This document shows positions 1-4,961 of a DNA stretch of 5,109 nucleotides, one piece after another. The notes below the pieces were generated by a model. That model was not told the origin of the DNA. It searched no databases and worked only from the letters and a program-made list of their open reading frames with translations. The stretch comes from a virus, in the IMG/VR virus record IMGVR_UViG_3300045988_011322, one strand, 5' to 3'. Position numbers and translations under genes: made by a program. Each line of letters opens with the position of its first letter. Position 1 is the first letter of the stretch.

Positions 1-55
1 AATAATCCTCATCTCGCTTCTGATAATAGGTTTATTCGTGTTCCCTGTGGTCAGT
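1..55. repeat. Terminal redundancy, left copy (identical to 5055-5109); assembly overlap of a circular genome
   Basis: Read directly: aataatcctcatctcgcttctgataataggtttattcgtgttccctgtggtcagt occurs at both ends. The reading frame of the Rep ORF is continuous across the junction. Confidence 0.97.
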
Positions 56-819
56 GTCTTGGTTGCAGGCTAGAACGTTCACGTCAATGGGCTGTTAGAT
101 GCGTGCATGAGGCTCGTGTGTCTGAATCTGCTTATTTCTTGACTTGTACTTTTGACAATTATCATTTGCCTGCCGATAAATCTTTGTCGATTAAATTCCA
201 TCAAACTTTTTTAAAGAATCTTCGTAGAGAGTTTGGTTCTGGAATTCGTTTTATCGGTTGTGGTGAATATGGTGAGTTACATGGCCGTCCCCATTATCAT
301 TACATTTTTTATAACATTGATTTGTCTGATAAAGTTTTTGCATTCCGTGCCGATGGTTATAATACCTATACTAGTCCTCGTTTTGGTAAAGTCTGGAAGT
401 ACGGTATGCATCTTATCGGTGAGTTTAGCTTTGATGCCGCTGCTTATGTCGCGCGCTACATAGTTAAAAAGCAGACTGGTTCTAATTCCAACGAACATTA
501 TAAAGGTCGAACCTCTGAATTTCTTGTAGCTTCTCGTAGGCCTGGCATTGGTGCAGCCTGGCTTGAGAAGTATGGTCAAGACGTTTATTCCAATGATTTT
601 GTTGTTATCAACGGCAGGAAGATGAGGCCTCCTCGCTTTTATGATAAGAAATTTTCTGAAAAGTATCCTGAATGGATTGACTACGTTAAAGAAAATCGTG
701 TTCAAAAAATGCTCTTTCATCTCGAAAATAACACGTTTGAGCGTTTGGTTGACCGTTGCAGGTGTCTTGAAGGAAAATACAAAACATTTCTTGGCAGAAA
801 GCTTGACAAACAATTGTGA
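1..819 (+). CDS. VP4: Replication initiator protein VP4, remainder of the gene. The full gene is 4962..5054 joined to 1..819, 303 aa. The track start at 103 is only an internal in-frame GTG.
   Basis: Frame 1 is open from base 1 to TGA 817-819. RCR motif 1-like FLTCTF is present. The HUH motif is HGRPHYHYIF, with HYH at 292-300. The paired catalytic tyrosines YVARYIVKK sit at 445-447 and 457-459, spaced Y-x3-Y as in phiX174 protein A. Confidence 0.93.
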   Translation, partial: NNPHLASDNRFIRVPCGQCLGCRLERSRQWAVRCVHEARVSESAYFLTCTFDNYHLPADKSLSIKFHQTFLKNLRREFGSGIRFIGCGEYGELHGRPHYHYIFYNIDLSDKVFAFRADGYNTYTSPRFGKVWKYGMHLIGEFSFDAAAYVARYIVKKQTGSNSNEHYKGRTSEFLVASRRPGIGAAWLEKYGQDVYSNDFVVINGRKMRPPRFYDKKFSEKYPEWIDYVKENRVQKMLFHLENNTFERLVDRCRCLEGKYKTFLGRKLDKQL

Positions 820-831
820 TTGTGGCATACT
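803..831 (+). promoter_or_regulatory. Putative sigma70-type promoter: TTGACA, 17-nt spacer, extended -10 TGgCATACT
   Basis: The -35 TTGACA (803-808) is perfect. The spacer 809-825 is 17 nt. TG at 823-824 gives an extended -10 with hexamer CATACT (826-831, 4/6). It overlaps the end of VP4 and predicts a transcription start near 838, just before the strong SD at 839-849. Confidence 0.45.
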
Positions 832-1101
832 ATAACGGAAGGAGGTGATATTATAGAAGAACTTAGCTTTTTGAAAAAATGGTGTCAAGTTGTTGATTTT
901 TCTTTTGACCCTTTTTATTGTGGCTCTAAGTATGCTTGTTATAAAATGCGTGAAAATGATCCGTCTTTAAGTGTTGTTAAGATTGATTCTTTATATTACG
1001 TTTTTCCTAAGCATACTGCTTTGATGTTTTCCCGTGTCTTGCGTGTTTATCAATTAAAAAAGGAGAATATGGTTTCAAATGAAAATTTATTCAGTTTATG
1101 A
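820..1101 (+). CDS. Hypothetical protein (orphan ORF between VP4 and VP5); the start codon is uncertain
   Basis: The frame is open from 820 to TGA 1099-1101. Third positions are T-rich as in the confirmed genes. An 11-nt perfect anti-SD complement, AAGGAGGTGAT (839-849), lies inside the frame. The only codons at good spacing are in-frame ATT 850 and ATA 853. Canonical in-frame options are TTG 820 (abuts the VP4 stop, no SD), TTG 871 and ATG 946. I recognise no family. The 3' end overlaps the VP5 start by 23 nt. Confidence 0.45.
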   Translation: MWHTITEGGDIIEELSFLKKWCQVVDFSFDPFYCGSKYACYKMRENDPSLSVVKIDSLYYVFPKHTALMFSRVLRVYQLKKENMVSNENLFSL

Positions 1102-1357
1102 TAAGAAAGCAGAATCTTTTAGCCCCCCGTATGTTGCTCATAACGATTTAATTGCTCTTCGTAATTTTGAAGGGAGTGTTAATAATCCTGAGTTCCCTAT
1201 TTCGAAATATCCTGATGATTTTGCTCTTTATTATCTTGGCAATATTGGTGATATGGATGGTCGCTATTACCTTAGCGATGATGAACTTAACACCGTAATA
1301 CCAAAACTTATAGGCGAAGCTCGTGATTATGTTGCAAAATCTCTTGAAAAGGAGTAA
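1079..1357 (+). CDS. VP5: Gokushovirus VP5-like small non-structural protein (92 aa)
   Basis: AGGAG at 1061-1065 precedes ATG 1079. The N-terminus MKIYSVYDKKAESFSPPY and the motif YPDDFALYYLGNIGDMDG match my recollection of the conserved VP5 (ORF5) pattern: M-K-x-F/Y-x-x-F/Y-D-x-K, then HPEDF-x-L-x-x-x-G-x-F-D. Stop is TAA 1355-1357. Confidence 0.75.
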   Translation: MKIYSVYDKKAESFSPPYVAHNDLIALRNFEGSVNNPEFPISKYPDDFALYYLGNIGDMDGRYYLSDDELNTVIPKLIGEARDYVAKSLEKE

Positions 1358-1380
1358 AATAAAAAAGAGCGATGCAAACT

Positions 1381-1411
1381 AAGACGTTCTCAATAGAGAA
1401 CGTCTTTTTTT
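1381..1411 (+). terminator. Rho-independent (intrinsic) terminator
   Basis: A perfect 11-bp stem, aagacgttctc (1381-1391) with gagaacgtctt (1396-1406), has the 4-nt loop aata and runs into a T tract (T x7 at 1405-1411). It starts 24 nt after the VP5 stop. An A-rich tract lies upstream (1356-1366). Confidence 0.8.
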
Positions 1412-1461
1412 GCATTGCTACGCTCGCCGCGTCTAGGCGCCTGCGAAAGGAGGTGAAAATT

Positions 1462-1926
1462 TTGAGGTTCAAGACTCCCTATGATGATATTGAATCCCAT
1501 GATCATTATGGAAAGGTGTTTAATTTGCCCTCACTTACTCTACAGGACGAGAAAGAGGAAACAGATATCAATTATATCGTCAATAAGTATTGCGATGGCC
1601 AGAAAGGCATTTCTACGCTTGATTTAGGCAATACTGATATTTACCAGTATCTCCAGTTCGGTGATGCTACGCTTCCTGGCGATTACGAAACTGCTCTTGA
1701 CCTTGTTTCTGGCGTTCGTGAAGAATTCTACACTTTGCCTTCGAAACTTCGTGCGGTATTCAACCATGACCCTATGGAATTTGTGCAACGTTTGAATCGT
1801 CCTGAAACTTTAAATTTGCTTCAGGAATACGGTCTTTATACTCCTGACGTAGTACAAGATTCTATCGTAGAAAAACAAAATAATAATGAAAGTAACAATT
1901 TAGGAGAAAATGAAGAAAAAAAATAA
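1462..1926 (+). CDS. VP3: Internal scaffolding protein VP3 (154 aa from TTG 1462)
   Basis: AAGGAGGTGA (1447-1456) lies 8 nt from its GGAGG core to in-frame TTG 1462. The product starts (M)RFKTPYDD. It contains TDINYIVNKY and the C-terminal LPSKLRAVFNHDPMEFVQ, which resemble conserved gokushovirus VP3 blocks. The track start ATG 1372 has no good SD and would translate through the terminator hairpin. Confidence 0.78.
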   Translation: MRFKTPYDDIESHDHYGKVFNLPSLTLQDEKEETDINYIVNKYCDGQKGISTLDLGNTDIYQYLQFGDATLPGDYETALDLVSGVREEFYTLPSKLRAVFNHDPMEFVQRLNRPETLNLLQEYGLYTPDVVQDSIVEKQNNNESNNLGENEEKK

Positions 1927-1931
1927 AAACA

Positions 1932-1980
1932 GCGGCAGTTGTGCCAGTAACCTACTTGATGTAACTGGCACAACTGACGC
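1932..1980 (+). repeat. Large intergenic stem-loop (inverted repeat) between VP3 and VP1
   Basis: cagttgtgccagt (1936-1948) is the exact reverse complement of actggcacaactg (1964-1976). The stem extends by gcg/cgc (1932-1934 with 1978-1980) across one G/A mismatch. The 15-nt loop is aacctacttgatgta. No T tract follows, so it is not a canonical terminator. Confidence 0.8.
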
Positions 1981-1990
1981 AAAATTAAAC

Positions 1991-2033
1991 TAAACCTTAA
2001 TAAATGTTTCTTTAGGCTTAATTTTAAGGTTTA
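1991..2033 (+). repeat. AT-rich inverted repeat upstream of VP1
   Basis: taaaccttaa (1991-2000) is the reverse complement of ttaaggttta (2024-2033), with a 23-nt loop. It ends about 10 nt before the VP1 SD. Confidence 0.5.
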
Positions 2034-2054
2034 CACTCTAGAAAGGAGTAAAAA

Positions 2055-3794
2055 ATGTCACGTAGAATCCGTGTTAAAGGTCATCGTTTTTCAGATGCTC
2101 CTGCTATGTATATGCGTCGTACTAAGTTCGACCGCTCACACGTTTATAAGACTACCTTTGATTCAGGTAAGCTTATTCCTGTGTTTGTTGACGAGGTCTT
2201 GCCTGGCGACACTTCCAGTTTAAGAGTTAAGTATTTTTCTAGACTTGCTACCCCTGTAAAGCCTATCATGGATAATATCTACCTTGATTGGTTCTTCTTT
2301 TTTGTGCCAAACCGTCTTGTATGGAACCATTGGCAAAACTTCTGCTTTGAACAAGAAGACCCTGACGATTCCACTGATTACGTTTGCCCTACCACTTCTT
2401 TGATCGGTAAAGCAGGCGATACTTTGCATGGTGTAGGTACTCTTTGGGACTATTTTGGTCTTCCTACTGGCCTTCCTAATACTATATCTGGTATAAACGC
2501 ACTTCCTTTTCGTGGCGTTTATCTTATCTGGAATGAATGGTTCAGGGATGAAAACCTCCAAAAATCCGTAAAAATCCAGAAAGGTGATACCAATGAGGTT
2601 TTTGACGGTTCACGTGTAGCTGAACAACCTGAATGGCTTCAGGGAATTCCTGAAAGTTATCTTCCTTGTCCGCCTCGTGGCAAGCGGCATGATTATTTTA
2701 CTTCGGCCCTTCCTTGGACTCAGAAAGGTCCCGGTGTGTCTATAGGTTTAGCTGGTACAGCTCCTATAGTAAATCAAGGTACTTTGCCTAACTTCTTTCT
2801 TTCGTCAACGTCTAATCAGCTTGCCGCTGTAACCGCCTATGGCGGTGATGCTTCTAGCTCTGGTGGTTCAAGGGCTGCTCAAGGTACTGGTTCTATTACT
2901 TTTAACCGTGGTTCAGACTCTGATTGGTCTAATATTGGTGGCTTTGCTGGTAATACTTCTAATCGTATCACCATGACTGCTACTCCTGGCAGTTCTTTGC
3001 TTGGCAGCGAATCTTATGTCAATCTTGATGCATCTTCTATATTCACTATTAATAGTTTGCGTACTGCTTTCCAGATGCAGAAGTTTTACGAGCGCCTTGC
3101 TCGTGGCGGTAGTCGGTACACAGAAGTCTTGCGCTCTTTCTTTGGCGTAGTTTCTCCTGATGCTAGATTGCAACGTCCTGAATTTTTAGGCTCGTTTACT
3201 ATGATGATGAATATTAATCCTATAGCTCAGACTTCTAGTACCAACGACACGACACCGCAAGGCAATCTTTCTGCTTATGGTGTTACAGGTGCCAAGTTTC
3301 ATGGTTTTACGAAATCTTTCGTTGAGCATGGCTATGTTTTCGGTTTTTGTTGCGCTCGTGCTGACTTGACTTATCAGCAAGGTATCAATCGCATGTGGAC
3401 TAGGTCTACTGTTTACGATTGGTATTGGCCTACTTTTGCCCATCTAGGTGAGCAGGCTATTTTGCTTAAGGAAATTTATGCTACTGGCGATACCGAACAG
3501 GACAATTCTGTATTTGGCTATCAGGAACGTTATGCTGAGTATCGGTATAAACCTTCTATGATTTGTGGAAAATTTAGGTCTAATATCAAAGGTAATCTTG
3601 ATGTATGGCATTTGTCGCAGTATTTCGAAACTGCTCCTAAGTTGAATTCTGAATTCATTGAGGAAGATGTGCCTATAGGCCGTATTATAGCTGTTCCCAG
3701 TGAGCCTCAATTTTTGATTGATATAGGATTCAAGTACACTACTGTTCGTCCTATGCCTATGTTTGGTACTCCTGGCCTTGTTGATCATTTCTAA
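2055..3794 (+). CDS. VP1: Major capsid protein VP1 (phiX174 F-like jelly roll, gokushovirus type), 579 aa
   Basis: AAGGAG (2043-2048) lies 6 nt before ATG 2055. Conserved blocks are KFDRSHVYKTTFDSGKLIPVFVDEVLPGDT, FFFVPNRLVW, TINSLRTAFQMQKFYERLARGGSRYTEVLRSFFGV..DARLQRPEFLG and VWHLSQ. Confidence 0.97.
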   Translation: MSRRIRVKGHRFSDAPAMYMRRTKFDRSHVYKTTFDSGKLIPVFVDEVLPGDTSSLRVKYFSRLATPVKPIMDNIYLDWFFFFVPNRLVWNHWQNFCFEQEDPDDSTDYVCPTTSLIGKAGDTLHGVGTLWDYFGLPTGLPNTISGINALPFRGVYLIWNEWFRDENLQKSVKIQKGDTNEVFDGSRVAEQPEWLQGIPESYLPCPPRGKRHDYFTSALPWTQKGPGVSIGLAGTAPIVNQGTLPNFFLSSTSNQLAAVTAYGGDASSSGGSRAAQGTGSITFNRGSDSDWSNIGGFAGNTSNRITMTATPGSSLLGSESYVNLDASSIFTINSLRTAFQMQKFYERLARGGSRYTEVLRSFFGVVSPDARLQRPEFLGSFTMMMNINPIAQTSSTNDTTPQGNLSAYGVTGAKFHGFTKSFVEHGYVFGFCCARADLTYQQGINRMWTRSTVYDWYWPTFAHLGEQAILLKEIYATGDTEQDNSVFGYQERYAEYRYKPSMICGKFRSNIKGNLDVWHLSQYFETAPKLNSEFIEEDVPIGRIIAVPSEPQFLIDIGFKYTTVRPMPMFGTPGLVDHF

Positions 3795-3806
3795 GGAGTT
3801 GATTTT

Positions 3807-4565
3807 ATGTCTTGGTTATCTGACGCAGCTGGTTCTATAGCTGGTTCTATATTTGGTTCCGCTGTTCAGGGTCATTATAATTCTGCCGCTTCAGCTCAAC
3901 AAAATGCGTGGAATGTTGAAAATTATAAACATCGTTATCAATGGGCTATGGAAGATATGCGCAATGCTGGTCTTAATCCTATTCTTGCCGCTACTAATGG
4001 TATTGGTGGTAGCATTGCAGGTGCATCTGCTGCTAGTATCGGTATGTCTGATGTTGCTGGCAATCTTAGTTCGGCTCGTGGCGTTTCTGCCGCTTCTAAA
4101 CAGGCTAAAGTAGCTGAGAATCTTTCTGCAAGTCAGATTGAGAAGAATATTGCTGATGCTAAAGCTTCTTCTGCTAATGCTGGTCTTGCTACTGCTAATA
4201 CTACTAATGCAGGTCTTCAAAACAAGATTTTGCAGAATGATGTTGATTTTAAGACTAAAACTTTTGACCAGCGTGTACAATTTGAATTTGACCGTATGAA
4301 AGCTGAAATTGATAATCTTCATAAGCTCGGTCAGATGTATGATGCCAATTCTTTAAATGCAACTGCTTCTGCTTTGCGTGCCAATTCTGCGGCCGCTTTT
4401 GATAATGTTCAAACGGAGCTTGCAGGCTATGAACGTGATTTCTATAAGTCCCTTGGTGACCTTGGAGCTGATGCTAAAGTTATGGGTCCTGCTATTGGTA
4501 AAGGTGTTGCCGGTGTTATTGGTAAAGGCATCGGATTCTTGAGAAAACGTTATTTTGGAAGGTGA
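3807..4565 (+). CDS. VP2: Minor capsid / DNA pilot protein VP2 (252 aa)
   Basis: TAAGGAG (3792-3798, containing the VP1 stop) lies 8 nt before ATG 3807. The N-terminus is Gly/Ser/Ala-rich. The block NYKHRYQWAMEDMRNAGLNPILA is characteristic of gokushovirus VP2. The central region is Ala/Asn-rich and looks coiled. Confidence 0.9.
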   Translation: MSWLSDAAGSIAGSIFGSAVQGHYNSAASAQQNAWNVENYKHRYQWAMEDMRNAGLNPILAATNGIGGSIAGASAASIGMSDVAGNLSSARGVSAASKQAKVAENLSASQIEKNIADAKASSANAGLATANTTNAGLQNKILQNDVDFKTKTFDQRVQFEFDRMKAEIDNLHKLGQMYDANSLNATASALRANSAAAFDNVQTELAGYERDFYKSLGDLGADAKVMGPAIGKGVAGVIGKGIGFLRKRYFGR

Positions 4566-4570
4566 TTTTT

Positions 4571-4810
4571 ATGTCAAACAAAACTACCATGATTCTTACT
4601 TTTATCGTTTCTGTCGTTGTTCCCTTTATTCAAGAAGTTGTAGATTTGATTGAAGCTTTAAAAGGTAAGTCCACTGCTAACTTAGTTACTGCCAAGAAGG
4701 TGGCTTCTGACTTTCAAGCCGATGTTAGTGAAGTTCTTACTCCAGTTTCTTCTAAAAAAGATTCTTCTAAAGGTTCTTCTCGTTTTTTCGGTTCTTGGAG
4801 AGATAAATAA
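4571..4810 (+). CDS. Small hypothetical protein (79 aa) with a hydrophobic N-terminal segment and a basic Ser/Lys-rich tail
   Basis: GGAAGGTGA (4557-4565) overlaps the VP2 stop and precedes ATG 4571. The track's GTG 4562 is an alternative start. Product: MSNKTTMILTFIVSVVVPFIQEVVDLIEAL...SSKKDSSKGSSRFFGSWRDK. Third positions are T-rich as in neighbouring genes. The stop TAA 4808-4810 shares its last A with the next ATG. Confidence 0.6.
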   Translation: MSNKTTMILTFIVSVVVPFIQEVVDLIEALKGKSTANLVTAKKVASDFQADVSEVLTPVSSKKDSSKGSSRFFGSWRDK

Positions 4811-4920
4811 TGCGTAGACGCAGGATTAGCAAAAGAGGTTCTCGTCGCCTCTTCCGCCGTACATCCAAACCCAGACGTAGAAATATTCGTAGAGTACAGC
4901 GAGGCGGATTTAGGATTTGA
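4810..4920 (+). CDS. 36-aa arginine-rich DNA-binding/packaging protein (phiX174 J / gokushovirus ORF8-like); not in the supplied ORF track
   Basis: ATG 4810 overlaps the upstream stop (TAATG). Translation is MRRRRISKRGSRRLFRRTSKPRRRNIRRVQRGGFRI, with stop TGA 4918-4920. It has 16 Arg and 2 Lys in 36 residues. The position after VP2 and the RGGFRI ending match my recollection of gokushovirus ORF8 proteins. Confidence 0.8.
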   Translation: MRRRRISKRGSRRLFRRTSKPRRRNIRRVQRGGFRI

Positions 4921-4945
4921 CAATTCCGTTATAATCCGTTATAAT
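4917..4945 (+). promoter_or_regulatory. Perfect consensus sigma70-type promoter (TTGACA, 17 nt, TATAAT) upstream of VP4
   Basis: TTGACA is at 4917-4922 and overlaps TGA 4918-4920 of the basic-protein ORF. The spacer 4923-4939 is exactly 17 nt. TATAAT is at 4940-4945. The predicted start is near 4952, about 10 nt before the VP4 ATG 4962. Confidence 0.7.
4925..4944 (+). repeat. 10-nt tandem direct repeat (tccgttataa x2), each copy carrying a TATAAT box
   Basis: tccgttataa at 4925-4934 is repeated exactly at 4935-4944. TATAAT occurs at 4930-4935 and 4940-4945. ccgtta (4936-4941, or the earlier copy at 4926-4931) can pair with taacgg (4949-4954). Confidence 0.9.
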
Positions 4946-4961
4946 CTGTAACGGTGATGTT

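Noticed and set aside
1-55. The terminal direct repeats as LTR- or att-like ends of an integrated mobile element
   Set aside because: The repeat lies inside the Rep coding sequence and the frame is continuous across the junction. No non-phage flanking sequence exists, so this is a circular-assembly overlap.
151-180. Promoter-like TTGACA (152-157), 17 nt, GATAAA inside VP4; the 10-mer TTTGACAATT is shared with 4916-4925
   Set aside because: The -10 is weak (4/6) and lies inside coding sequence. By my estimate about ten repeated 10-mer pairs are expected by chance in a 5-kb genome. Internal promoters do exist in phiX174 gene A, so this is not impossible, but it is unsupported here.
233-463. 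Very hydrophobic 76-aa ORF in an alternative frame inside VP4; tempting as an overprinted phiX174 E-like lysis gene
   Set aside because: It starts at TTG with no SD. Its hydrophobicity is the expected by-product of the T-rich third positions of the VP4 frame, which become second positions in the shifted frame. There is no independent support. It is only worth revisiting if conserved in relatives.
641-835. 64-aa + strand ORF overlapping the 3' end of VP4 in another frame
   Set aside because: It has no SD and lies entirely within the conserved Rep coding region. Its Lys/Leu/Ile-rich composition is consistent with an out-of-frame artefact.
277-888. Minus-strand ORFs (277..888, 2220..2561, 2913..3173, 3186..3443, 3444..3788, 3891..4322)
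   Set aside because: All are antisense to well-supported genes and have low-complexity, Ile/Lys/Ser-rich translations with no motifs. Microviruses transcribe only one strand.
1372-1461. ATG 1372 as the VP3 start (track call, 184 aa)
   Set aside because: The SD is poor (AAGAG, 2-nt spacing). The extension would be translated through the intrinsic terminator hairpin. TTG 1462 has a 10-nt perfect SD at ideal spacing and gives a typical VP3 N-terminus.
3597-3605. 9-mer cttgatgta shared between the 1932-1980 hairpin loop (1955-1963) and VP1 coding sequence
   Set aside because: Tens of repeated 9-mer pairs are expected by chance in 5 kb. The VP1 copy has no flanking inverted repeat. CTTGAT-like strings recur at several other sites.
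3853-4113. Hydrophobic 86-aa alternative-frame ORF inside VP2
   Set aside because: The same frame-shift composition artefact applies. It has a TTG start and no SD upstream (ctggttctata).
4357-4542. Leu/Val-rich 61-aa alternative-frame ORF inside VP2
   Set aside because: It has an ATG but no SD, and the same compositional artefact of reading a T-rich-wobble gene out of frame applies.
4714-4923. 69-aa minus-strand ORF covering the intergenic-looking gap after 4810
   Set aside because: It is antisense to the far better supported + strand Arg-rich 36-aa gene and to the tail of the small hydrophobic-protein gene. It has no SD or motif.
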